A DNA stretch of 64,000 bases from Squalus acanthias (taxonomy: Eukaryota), in contig CM059432.1 of NCBI GenBank assembly GCA_030390025.1, positions 120,530,001-120,594,000 of the forward strand. The letters are read 5' to 3'. This document shows positions 1 to 12,019 of the stretch, one piece after another. A program made the position numbers and the translations under genes. Each line of letters opens with the position of its first letter. The first letter of the stretch is position 1. The notes beneath the pieces were generated by a model. It was given only the letters and a program-made list of their open reading frames with translations, had not been told where the DNA came from and searched no databases.

Positions 1-1189
1 CACTATATGCATAGGCCCTACACATCTTCAATTCCTCTCAACAACCACTCACTAACTCTCATCCTCTCTTTCTGCATAACAACTCTGCACATAATGTGAA
101 GGACGGGAATAAGGTGGGGAGGCGGGGTGGAGGAGACTGGGACATCATCACCCTCTTCCAAGCAGAGCAGGATACCCTGGAGATCAGTGTCCCAGGCAGT
201 GCCAGTAGCATCAGAGGAGGAGAGACTGACAGCTTACCTCAGCAGGGTCTCTGCATATTCCTTGTAATCCTACATCCACCAAAGCAAATATGCAGCAAGC
301 TCTGTAAATTCAAACTCTTTTCTCAAGGCTATCACCTGAAAGTGTTCAGCTTCTACCTGCCATCCTAACTTTTGTCCTTTCATCTTTCTTTTAGGTCCTT
401 CTGGGCAGCAAGAGGCTCCTGCACAGCAAGACACTTTGAAAATGGACAATCCTGCCGCGGATGCACCATCACTTGCTCCTTCCTTCCCAGGCACCAGCTC
501 AGACATTGGCTGTCTGTGTGGCCTAGGTAGTGAGCCAGAGGGATTTGCTTGTGGTGAGGCAACCAGCATGCAGGTAGTGGTGGCAAGGACATCTCAGGAG
601 CGAGCTCGCAGGAGGGTGAGGTCCTCTCCCAGTTTTGATCAGGACAGAGATGAGCATTTCAGTCATGAAAATAGAACGGTTGGCCTCACACAAGCAGTTC
701 TATGAGGTACTGAAAGGCCTATCAAGGAGTTTTAGCACAATGGCTGTGAGCGTGGAGTGTAGCGATTGGAGCGGTGCATATTGGCCTCTCTCAGGATGTC
801 AGTACATCTGATCCTTCACCACTCCCTGAACCAGTACCCGTCATGGTGCCAGCTGGGCCAGACTGTCCCAGCAGCATTGGAACTGCAACAGTCTGCAGCC
901 GGACTTTCACAGTCTTGAACACCCATAAGCTACCAGCCACAAGCATGTCAAAGGTCCCAACAGCAGCCTTCCACTAGCTCTGCTGAGACCACTAGGGGAG
1001 CACCTTGTATGAGTAGTAGAGTTAGGAAACCTTCTTTAAAGAAAAGCACTATGAGTTCATCACTTGGGTGAGAAATGAATAGAAGGCAGTTATTACTTTT
1101 GTTATTAAATGAATCACCCTTAAATGAATCACCCTTTGGCACTTTGGTCTGTAGTGTGGTTTAATAGCATCTTCCGAGTCTGCATTGTC

Positions 1190-2420
1190 ACTGTCATTGA
1201 TTTAGAAGTTGTCTGAATGGTGTGGATGTTCTTTGATGCAGGATGACGTGAGTAGTGAAGGAATTGACGAGGTCAGTTCGGCGGAGGGGATTTGTGCGAG
1301 TACTCAGGTCAGGGGAATGAGCAGCTCGGCGGATTTGCTGAACAATTAGCTGATCCCCACATTCCTTGCTGCAAATTGTTGCGGTGACCCTGCCTCTTCT
1401 GCTCTTCCTCCCCATCCCACGGTCTTCCTCATCTGCTGCTGTTGTTCTGCCTCCTCCAAAAGCAGGCCTCTCTCTAATGCAATGTTATGCAGCATGCAGC
1501 ACACCACAACGAGGCGGGAGATTCTGTCCAAAGAAGCCACCCCCAATCGGTCCAGACACCTGAGCCACTGGTTCAGTAACCCTGTGGTGTGTTCAGTGCT
1601 GATCCTGGTGGTCCTCTGGCTTCTATTATATCAGTGTTGTTCGGGTGCAGCGGGACTATGCAGGGACATCAGTAGCCACATCTATAGAAGTCATCCCTTG
1701 TTCCCCAGCAGCCAGGTTCCTCACAGGGGTGAATATTGGGGGATTATAGACTCTCTCAGGATAAATGCATCACGGCAACCCCTTGGGTACCTTGCACAGA
1801 CCTGCATGATGTTGTTCCTATGATCAGCCACTAGCTGGACATTGATGGAGTGGTATCTATTTCTATTGATGAACGTGCTAGCTCGTGTTCCAGTGCCCTG
1901 ATAGCAACATGTGTGCAGTCAATGAGGCCCTGCATGCGACAGAAGCCAGCCACTGCTGCTTATCCCTGAGCTCTCTCATCTTAGTTGTTGGCGTCCATTG
2001 GGAAAGCAATGTACTGATTGGCTCTGGTTAAGAGGGTACTGGTGACCTGCTTAATGCAGCTGTGCACGGCAGACTGGGAGATGTGCGTGATGTCTCCTGT
2101 AGCAGCCTGCAGGCAGCCTGAGGCAAAAAAGCTCAGGACGGTGATGACTTTCACAGTCACCGGCAAAGCATGGTCTGCTTGTCCAGCAGGCAGCAAGTCC
2201 TACTGCAGGAGGCTGATCAGATCTGTAAAAGCCTGCCTGGGGAAATGCAGTTTCCTGACGCACTGCACATCTGAAATAGCCAGGAAAGTGACTCTAGACG
2301 TAGAGACATTGTGGGCTGGGTAAGCAGCCCACCGACCTGCTGTGGCCTCACAGTCCCAACTGCTGCTTGTCCTAGTTGCTGAGGCTACTGCTGCTCTTAC
2401 TCTAACTGCTCCTCCATCCA
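1190..2420 (-). pseudogene. Harbinger (HARBI1-like) DDE transposase pseudogene
   Basis: ORF pieces 1981-2196 and 1346-1546 match transposase motifs; broken by stops and frameshifts. Boundaries approximate. Confidence 0.8.
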
Positions 2421-2439
2421 GAATAAAGTAGGAAAAGTT

Positions 2440-2610
2440 ACATAGAATTATATAGAATTTACAGCACAGAAACAGGCCATTCGGTCCAACCAGTCTACGC
2501 CGGTGTTTATGCTCCACATGAGCCTTCTCCCACCTTACCTCATCTCACCCTATCAACATATCCTTCTATTCCTTTCTCCCTGATGTACTTATCTAGCTTC
2601 CCCTTAAATG
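2440..2610 (-). mobile_element. CR1-type LINE 3' UTR fragment
   Basis: TAGAAT...ACAGCACAGAAACAGGCCATTCGG resembles the CR1 3' tails at 31041 and 17450. Confidence 0.55.
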
Positions 2611-3741
2611 GCACCCATAATAAGATGAAAATACTTAGTCAGGGTGAGTAATTCAAACAAATCAAAAAGAAGCAATCTCCAGGCTCTGAAAAGCCTTGGC
2701 AATCCAGTAATCACAGAAGAACACAGATCCTAATGATCCAAATGCTTGCAGAAGAGTTACCCCTTTAAATTGTTCCCCCAGTCTTGCCAGTCAGTTTCTG
2801 AGGCCAATCCAGTGAGGTTTTACTGAGAGAGTTGGCCACTGAGTGGGATTTCCGTCCCACCCAATGAAAATAGCATCGGGGTCCCAATTACATCATTTTA
2901 ATACATTCAGTAGGCACCCACCTGTTTCCAGTGAGTGCGTATTGAACCTCAGTCAGTGGCGCAGTTAAATTCGTGATCGTGGGGTTCCGGAAGACTATTT
3001 CCGCGACTTTAACTACTCACCCATTCCACCAGGCGAGTAGGGCTAGAAATCGGGGCCCACGTCTTAATAGCAGGAATGAGCATTGGAGTACCATCATGCA
3101 TCAAGAAATGTCAGTCTTAGTCTGAGCTTTGATGAACCCATCCTGTTACGAAAATGGCACTGTTGGTGAACAGTTTGATATTTTACTCATTTATTATCAC
3201 TCTCTGGGGGGAATCTGAATCCTTCCATGATCAGCCCCAACATCAGCATCACCAACAACAATATCAACCTTCTCCACAATCACCTGATGCTGCACAGGTC
3301 ACAGGGCAACAGCACTCGACAACATTGCTGCCCGGGAGGCAAGCAATGGCATCATCATGGCCAGATTTACTTCACTTGATGCTGTACACCCTGGCTGCCA
3401 CATGATGCGCCAGGTTAACACTACCCCACACCATCACCATAAAGCATTCATACAATGACCAAGCCATTCCTTTCACACTCATCACCATTGCGGGGGGTAC
3501 CGTTATGTCTCACCATTCACTCCAACTCACTAATGCACTTCCAAAGGTGAGCACCGATCTATACAATATGGCAAAGTGTTGAAAATAAAGATTTCAATGT
3601 TTGACAACACATTAACAGAAAATTTACATGAACATTGCATAAAACACCCAAGTGCCTACCCTTGTGTGTTATTAGTTGATCTGATTGCACTAGGATGAGG
3701 GTAAGTGTGAGAAGTGGCTAGTGAGATGGGGAAGTGATAAT

Positions 3742-4503
3742 GGCCCTGAAATTCGCCTCTCCGGCTTGCTACGGGGGTAAGGATCGCGCGCGCACTTACC
3801 TACCGCGCCTGCCGTTGTGTTTTGGGCCCACGGGAACTTCAGCTCCTGGGCCTGCTCCAAGTGCCGGCACGCAGTGCTTGCGTGTCCCAGGGGCGCAGTT
3901 AGTGCGATGCGTCCCCTGGGATCACGTGGGCCATGGAGAGCCAATGGCAGCAGACCATCTTTCATTCATAGATTTGACAGGAAGACCTGTCAAATCTGTG
4001 AATTGAAATTTGCCCCAAAAGAACAGCTAAACTTAAAATAATTTTTTAAAAACCATCACATTTATAAAATAACTATAGTTAAATAAATTAACCACTTTAA
4101 ACAAAAATTTAAATTTTTGAAAAAATTAAAATACTTTTTAACAGTGCTAAAAATAAACTTACCTTTCTTTAAAGTATCTAAAAAAGATATACCTGTTGAA
4201 ATTTTTTTAAATTATACTTAATTAACCACTTACCTTGTTGAAAACAGCTCCTGCGCCTCCTTTTTAAAAGCACAGGTTCTTCAATACTTACCCTCCCGTA
4301 GAAACCTGAAAAAAAAACTAAGTTTGCTGCGTGCGCACAGCCTCTACCGCGCACGCGGTTCGCCTCGGAACCACCCCCTTCACCAGACCGGAAATTCCGG
4401 TTTCCCACGCATGTGCAGTGCATGCAGGAAACCGGCACTTCGGGACGCCTTACGGGTGAGTACGCACTGTGTACTCACTCGGGAAGGGCCAAATTTTTGG
4501 CCC
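3742..4503 (+). mobile_element. GGCCC-TIR MITE family, copy A (Harbinger-like non-autonomous, 762 bp)
   Basis: Termini GGCCCTGAAATT...AATTTTTGGCCC; 3-bp TSD AAT; homologous to four other copies in the window. Confidence 0.9.
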
Positions 4504-4539
4504 AATGTAGATAGAGAGGGATGGGTGGAGGTGCAAGGT

Positions 4540-4945
4540 AAGTCCTACTCCAGGAACTGGAGCACATAATCTAGGTTGACACTTGAGTGCCTTACTGAGG
4601 GGAAGTTGCATTGTCGGAGGTGCTGTCTTTCGGATGAGACGTTAAACCGAGGCCCCTTCTGACCTCTCAGGTGGATGTAAAAGATCCCATTGCACTATTT
4701 CGAAGAAGACCAGGGGTGTTCTCCCTGGTGTCCTGCCCAATATTTGTACCTTAACCAACATCACTAAAACAGATTATCTGGTCATTATCACATTGCTGTT
4801 TGTGGGAGCTTGCTGTGCAACAATTTGGCTGCCGTGTTTCCTACATTACAACAGTGACTACACTTCAAAAGTACTTCATTGGCTGTAAAGCACTTTGGGA
4901 CATCCTGAGGTCGTGAAAGGTGCTATATCCAAGTTATTTCTTTCT
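4540..4945 (+). mobile_element. DeuSINE-type (SacSINE1-like) SINE, 5'-truncated
   Basis: Colinear with the full tRNA-headed copy at 34494-34950; core GATGAGACGTTAAACCGAGGCCCC...AAAAGATCCCAT; L2-like tail. Confidence 0.8.
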
Positions 4946-5307
4946 TTAAGAACAGCATTTTCCATCCAGTTCCCAGTGGAAATGTCAGAAAGCTACTTAA
5001 ATTGGAACTAATGCAACAATATCACTCTGAGAAAGAAGGAGGATAGAGGCCAATGAAGGAAATATCTATTTTTTCTGAGCACTGCTATCTGTTGGATTTT
5101 TAAAAGCACTAAAACACACCTACATAATCAAAAGAATATTGAAAGGAAATGAAAGCAAAAGAACTGAAGACACAATGAAGGAAGCAGTATCAAAGACAGA
5201 GGTAGGATGTAAAGAGATACATAAAGATAATGCCAAATTGTCAGCATGTGCAGTAAATGCCAACTAAATAAAAGCTAAAATTCTTTATTTTTTCTCTATC
5301 TCAACAG

Positions 5308-5392
5308 AAGCGTCTAAAATCTGAAGTGGTGAATCTACATCGGCGCTGGTCTTGCAATTCCAATCTTAAAGCACTGAATGATGATGTTAAGG
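5308..5392 (+). CDS. Putative internal coding exon of an unidentified host gene (KRLKSEVVNLHRRWSCNSNLKALNDDVK)
   Basis: Strong pyrimidine tract and CAG acceptor, open frame, G|GTATGG donor (phase 1); lies in non-repetitive sequence. Confidence 0.55.
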
Positions 5393-6559
5393 GTATGGCC
5401 CTAGCTTACTTACAACTAAATTCTGCTCAGCTGTAAGTTGTCAAAAGAAGACTGTTTACCATTCTTCATACTCTTCACAACTCTTAGTCTAAGTGAGAAT
5501 TTATTGAGCTCAGTATCAATGTCAATCTGTACCATTCTGAGGAATGAAATGTTTCTTTGTATTCCATACTTGTATTTTAAGATTACATTAATACTTACAC
5601 TTTTTGTGCTGATTCATTTATGAACTAGTGCAGCACTCTACCATTAAATTGCGACTGATTACTGAGACACCCGTGAGTGAGCATTTGTGCAGTTCAGACA
5701 ATGCAGAAAGCTTGACGCTAGTAAATAAAACAATTATACTGAATCATTTATCAGCTTTTAAAGTCTTAGTTGTTGCTTATATAAAATAAACTGTTGGTGT
5801 GGAGAGGAGAAACAGACGCAAATGCTCCTTTGCTTAATGCTGCAGCAGGATATTTGTAATAGGCTTTATGATATTATAATGGGCTAATCATTCTGTAAGT
5901 GATTAACCACTTAGGTAGATTTTACCATACTAGTTGTTTTCACTTATCTTTCACTGTAATTGTTATTGTAATAGTATTTTTCAAAATAAGTATGAGCGTT
6001 TTATATGTATTTACTATGTCATTTACAAAGGTAGGGCACATTCGTTGATCCAGTCAGCAAGCTTCTTGTTCTTACCTTTTTTCCTCATTACAACAGTGAA
6101 TCTACTTCAAAAGTACTTCATTGGCTGTAAAGCACTTTAGGATGTCCTGAGGTCGTGAAAAGTGCAAGTTCTTTCTTTTCTTTCTTATTGCTTCTCTGTT
6201 TCTCTCCTAGTCTTCCTGAGCTCAAAGTGAATGGTTAACAAAGGGGCCAGGTTTCGGGCGCATTGTTGCTGGTTCCGAGCCTCAAGTGAATCTTTATCAC
6301 ACGTAGATTCAGTTATTGGGTGCAAAGACTTGTTTCAGTGCTTGGTGCTCATATCAAGTCCAGCAAGCAAACAGTCTCAATGGGCTTGTCGTGAAGGGAA
6401 AGCTCAGTTGTCTATTTGGCCTACATACACCTCAAGCAGTACAAATCATTAAACCTCCTTCAGCAGCATGTAGCATCAATATACCAGTGTCAGAGAGGAT
6501 GCTGTTTGCTGTGAATTCTCTCAAGTATTCCATAATACAGGTAAGCTGAAGGGCAAGTA

Positions 6560-7115
6560 GGTTAAACTGCATATTGACAAATCTGCTATTATTTCCTCTA
6601 TGGAAGAAAGTTAAGGCAATGTTAAAAGATTTGGAGATTGATGGTATAATTGAAGATATAAATGGTCCTACACCTTGGGTTTCACCTCTGGTAATTGTCA
6701 TCAAGCTCAAGAATCCTAATGATATACACCTTTGTATCGATATACAGGCAGCAAACAAAGCAGTTAAGTGTGAACAACATGATTCTCCAACCTTGGATGA
6801 GATTATTGCAGAGGTAAACGGGCCATGTGTTTTCTCAAAACTAGACCTAAAATCTGGATATCACCAACTATAGTAGAACAAGGCGAGCTGCTATATCACA
6901 AAGGTGGTTGCACATGCCAGTCTGAAGCAATGCAAAAGTTTAATTTGGATTCAAATGTACAATCCAAGAAGTTATTGGAGAAACCTAACTGATGATATCT
7001 GATAATTGCACTCTACTACGCAGAACACAGTATGTGCCTTTGCGGCATTCTTCACAGGCTAAAAGAACATTACTTTACACTCACATGTGAGAAGTGTGAA
7101 TTTAGTAAGGAAACC
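6560..7115 (+). pseudogene. Ty3/Gypsy reverse transcriptase fragment
   Basis: GIIEDINGPTPWVSPLVIV...LCIDIQAANKAV...PTLDEII...FSKLDLKSGYHQL; degenerate downstream. Confidence 0.85.
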
Positions 7116-7629
7116 TAGAGGGGGTGATTTTCCCCAGATACTTTAAGTGCTAAAGAGCCTCCAGGGTGGCCAAGATGAGGTCTTAAGCTGAAACGTCGGT
7201 TTAGCCTGCGTTTAGCGTGGGCAGCCATCTTGGTAAAGGAGTTGAAGCGCGTGCTAGGAACAGCCGCCCGGAGGATCATTAAGGGGCTGATTGACAATTA
7301 AATTGCGTGTTAGCAGTCATTAAAGAGGTTGCACCTCATTTTGAAATAACGCTTCATTTAATGACCTCTCCTAATAGCGACCAGCTGAACAGGAGTAAAC
7401 AAGTCATTGCTGAGGATTTCGAGCGCTACTTAAAGTCATGCTCAGCTTTCAGTGTTCACTTGTTCGCTGGAGATCGACTGACTACACTGCATTTGAAGAG
7501 GACTTTTGAGACACATCTGGGACACTTTGTCAAGACTTCACCAACACCCTATCAACATTTTTCCCGTAAGTTCTCTCAGGACTTCACCTAAAAGGAGTGA
7601 GTGCTGTGCTACTGTACCTTATTGGAGAC

Positions 7630-10257
7630 TGTAATATATGTGGGTGGAACAAATGAAGGACAGAGACACCATGAGTTGCTAGTCCATGTGCTTGTTTTAC
7701 TGTGCCAGAGCAAACTGAGCATGCTCATACTAAACCATGTGACAAACCATGTGATAATACATTACACTGCTTTCCCCTTGAAAAAATGTATGTAATCCCC
7801 TCTCAAATACAACAAAACTATGGCCCCACCTTTTTCTTTTAATTGAACTACAAATCCTACAAATGAACTACAAATCTAGTTTAATAACAGATTTGTGGAG
7901 CCTTCCTGATCTCCTTACAAAAGGTTTTGGCGTTGAACCAATTTTCAGGCTGTTTTGTTTTGGTTCCGAACTCAAAGATGATCCTGTTTCTATCTCAGAC
8001 TGTTTGAACCTGGTACTTCAGTTCCTGAAGTCTGAACTGAGTCAAACTCATGTATGAGTTCATGATCAAGTGGTTCAAGATCACATCTTGGTTCATCTCT
8101 AGCAGGGATCATTTGATCTACATGTACACTTCGGTTTTTGTCACCAATTACAACCAAATATCTCTTGCTTCCACCAATCTCTACTATGGTTCCTACATCC
8201 CACTTGTGTGAACTTGACTGTCCAGGGGGACTGAGAACACAAACACACTTGTTTTGTTTGAAACTGCGTTCTTTCTGATTGCTGTCATAATAACATTTCT
8301 GACTCAACTGTTTCTGTTCAACTCTTGAGGCCAAATTTGGCTGAACAAGACTTAATCGTGTTCTCAATCTCCTCTTCATCAAGAATTCTGCTGGGGTATA
8401 TCCAGTTGTACTGTGTGTAGTAGTTCTGTACTTCAACAAGAAATTTGTCAGACGTTGCTTCAGGCTGAGTTCCGAACAACCCTGCAACACTTACTTTTGA
8501 GAGCTTCTTTTACTATTCTGACTGACCTTTCAGCTGCTTCGTTTGAAGCTGGATGATATGGTGGAACGATAATGGGCCAAAAATTCGGCCCTTCCCGGGT
8601 GAGTACACTCCCGTATTGCTTCCCGAAGTGCCGGTTTCCTGCATGCACTGTGCATGCGCGGGAAACCGGAACTTCTGGTATGGTGAAGGGGGCGGTTCCT
8701 AGGTGAACCGCGTGCGCTTCCTAGGTGAACCGCGTGCGCGGTAGAGGCTGCGCGCACGCAGCAAACTTAGATTTTTTTTCAGGTTTCTACGCGAGGGTAA
8801 GTATTGAAGAAACTACACTATTAAAAAGGAGGCGCAAGACCCATTTTCAACAAGGTAAGTGGTTAATTAAGTATAATTTTAAATTTTTTTCAACAGTTTT
8901 ATCTTTTTTAGATACTTTAAAGAAAGGTAAGTTTATTTTTATCACTTTTAAAAAGTATTTTAATTTTTTCAAAAATTTAAATTTTTGTTTAAAGTGGTTA
9001 ATTTATTTAACTATACTTATTTTATAAATGTGATGTTTTTTTTAAATTTATTTTAAGATTAGCTGTTCTTTTGGTGCCGATTTCAATTCACAGATTTGAC
9101 GGATCTCCTGTCAAATCTATGAATAAAAGATGGTCTGCTGCCATTGGCTCTCCATGGCCCACGTGATCCCAGGGGACGCATCGCACTAACTACGCCCCTG
9201 GGACACGCAAGCACTGCGCGCCGGCACTTGGAGCAGGCCCAGGAGCTGAAGTTCCTGTGGGCCCAAAACACAATGACAGGCGCGGTAGGTAAGAGCGCGC
9301 GCGATCCTTACCCCCGCGGCAAGCCGGAGAGGCGAATTTCTGGGCCAGTGTGTTTGATACCATTCTATTTCATGAACTCTTGGAATAGAGCAGAACGGAA
9401 CTGAGGGCCATTGTCAGAAACAGGCTCTTCAGGTAAGCCATGACCTGCAAAGATAGACCTCAACTCGTCTATGGTACGTTCAGTTGTAGTATTTGAACCC
9501 ATGTGTTTCACTTCAATCCACTTTGAGGGACTGTCTACAAGTACCAGGAAGTAATCATTTGCTTTCTCTCAGAAGTCTACATGTTTCTCGACAAAGTCTT
9601 CAAACGACGCATCCTTCGCTTTCCCTGGCGCGAGTAGGTGTGTCAATTTTCCGTAGACATCTGGCCCGATCTCCGTTAACAAAATTGCTTTCTTACATTC
9701 ACGAATACGTTATTTTGAGCTTGAGCATTCTCATCTGCACCTTCGGTCTCAATAATGTTATTGGCCTTAAAAAACATCTCCATCCGCTCAATGTAAAAAC
9801 TGATGGTTCGTGAGCTCAGTCATACATGCCTAGGCTTCCGATGAATCCCGTAGGCACAGCCATGATTGTCCTGATCCCGTCAAACAGTAACTCAGCTCGC
9901 TACCTGTGTACCTGTGAGAATCAACGCCGCTGTTGCTGTGTAAACATACACATGAAGGCGAAGCACAGACGATTCTGCATCAGCATTAACAGTAAAACAT
10001 TGCAAGAAATTCAGTTTAGGTGTCACAAATTCACCTTAAACTTTTCCACTCGAAGGATGAAAACTGTGTCCTTCCATGATCCCTAAAAATGGCTTTGGGA
10101 TCCCATCCTCGTCACCAAAATGTAATATATGTGGGTAGAACAAATGAAGGACAGAGACAGGATGAGCTGCTAGTTCATGAGCTTGTTTTATTAGGCCAGA
10201 GCAAACTGAGCATGCTCATACTAAACCATGTGACAAAGCATGTGATAATACATTACA
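7630..10257 (-). mobile_element. Short-LTR Ty3/Gypsy retrotransposon, internally deleted
   Basis: 137-bp LTRs 7630-7766 and 10121-10257 (TGTAAT...ATTACA); 5-bp TSD GAGAC; minus-strand PBS TGGTGACGAGGATGGGA (tRNA-Ser type); PPT AAGGGGAAAG; integrase motifs PPYHPASNEAAERSVR and FLLKYRTTTHSTTGYTPAE. Confidence 0.92.
8574..9346 (-). mobile_element. GGCCC-TIR MITE family, copy B, inserted in the Gypsy integrase
   Basis: Reverse-orientation homolog of 3742-4503; TIRs GGGCCAAAAATT / AATTTCTGGGCC; TSD AAT/AGT. Confidence 0.9.
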
Positions 10258-11138
10258 GAGACCTTATAGGAATCACCAGGAGAAAGGAAGTGCTTGTTCA
10301 TGGGTATGTTTCTCGGGGTTCCCCTTACTCTGCATGATGAATTGGAGGAGGGGATGAGGGCAGGCAGAGAAGCACCAGTTGCTGCAGGAGAGAGGGACAG
10401 GAGGGCGAGGAGGGGTCTCAGCAGGAGGCCCTATCCACCCAGGGCCTTCAGAGAGCACTACTCCCACATTCACATGACCCAAGACCAGTGCATGAGGAGG
10501 CTGTACTTTACCAAGGAGGTCAGCACAGAGATCTGTGGCCTTGTGGAAGGAAGACTCAGACATCTCACCATGGGCTTCAGCAGTCAGGGCCGCCTGGCTG
10601 ACAGGCAACTGGCAATGTGGAGTGGCGGGGGAGGGAGCAGGAATGATGGCCACCGGAGAGATGCCAGTAGGTTCCTGCTCCATCATTCCCACGCCACTAC
10701 CTTGGGGCCACTGTTCAGCCCGCCCAGTGATCAGGTGGAGGACAGATCAGTGGGAAGCTGAGAAACACTGCAAACACCTTTCAACCGAGGAGCCCAGAGC
10801 CACCATGGCAGCTGCCTGGGATTCCATTACAGCACTTTGCCGTTCCATGGAAGATGCAATGACTGCACTGGAAGCTGCAAACTCAGCCATCAGACACTGC
10901 ATGATGTCAGGCTCCCTCCACAAGTCGTTCAGCCGCTCCACGCTGAAGATGATGTGTTCCCGGCTCTGCACCCAACCACTGACCAAGGTGGAGCCAGACT
11001 CTAGCCACGACCCGTAAGCTTTCAGGCAGGCTCTCCATTGTATCAAGCATTTGGTTTGTCGAACCCATCAGCCTTCTTCTGAAGCTTGACCCTTCAAGTT
11101 CCTGACCTGACTCCCCTACAGCAGAATTAGTATGTGAC

Positions 11139-11293
11139 CAATGATCCCTCTAACTTCTTTTGCTGTGCGGTCCCTTTAAATTTTGCTGTGCGACTGTGCA
11201 TGCGCAGTATCTTTTCCAACAGCTGCAGCTGGTGAGCGGCCTGCACAGGACCTCTCGATTTGTGCGCAGCCGCACACCTTAGCGCGAACATTG
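11139..11293. mobile_element. hAT-like MITE
   Basis: TIRs CAATGATCCCTCTAA / TTAGCGCGAACATTG; degenerate 8-bp TSD TATGTGAC/TATGCAGC. Confidence 0.6.
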
Positions 11294-12019
11294 TATGCAG
11301 CTGTGGTGTCCCTTCCACCCGGCGTGGCTGCTGCCCACTAGTGCCTGGTGCATCCCACTGTGAAGAGCCCTCTTCTAAGCTAGCCTCTAAGTTACACGGG
11401 GTGCCGGTTTCTGAGCTGGTGCCTGCGACAGTGGTAGCCATTGACGCAGTGCATTCTTCCTCGCTCTCCTCTTCCTCCGGGGAGGCGGGTGGTCGAGGTG
11501 GCTGTTGCTCATCTTGAACTTGCTCCACAGGGCGAGGTGGGTCTTAGTCCTGGGGGCCTGCAATGATAAAGCTAGAAGGGTTAGGGTGCAGTGTGTGTGG
11601 CCAATATAGGACGATGTGTGTGAGGAGACCATGTAGAGCTTGGGAGTGAGGATAAGTTTGGGGATTAGGGATCAGGAATAGTTGTGCTTCTGTAAGGAAG
11701 CTGGACTGGCCACATATCTCGAGGTGAGAAGCCCCCTGCTCTGCCTCTGACCACAGCATCTCCCACTCCCCATCCGATCATGGCCAGCACTGCCTCCTCA
11801 AGCGGAGTGCTATCAGGAAGTCATGCTTTCCCTCCCCTGGTCAGGTCCTGCTTCCGCCTGTTCTATGATATTTTTTCCTGGAAGAGAGAGAGTGGTGATT
11901 GTGAATGAGTGTATTGGCAGGCGTACTTGTGCATGTGATGCCTCACATGGTTGAAGAGCTAGGAGATGTGTCTGTGGTGTGAGTAGTGCTGGTGAAGGAT
12001 GCAATACTGTGGGGTTTTT

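Larger units (their letters stand above)
1..3057. mobile_element. Degenerate PIF/Harbinger DNA transposon (left end outside window), with Myb-like remnant (+, ~60-1060) converging on a transposase remnant (-, ~1190-2420)
   Basis: Minus-strand fragments ALPVTVKVITVLSFFASGCLQAATGDITHISQSAVHSCIKQVT and VVVCCMLHNIA are HARBI1-type transposase motifs. The plus-strand low-complexity piece resembles Myb-gene exon 3 of the intact copy. TIR-like end GAAATCGGGGCCC near 3045-3057. Confidence 0.75.
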
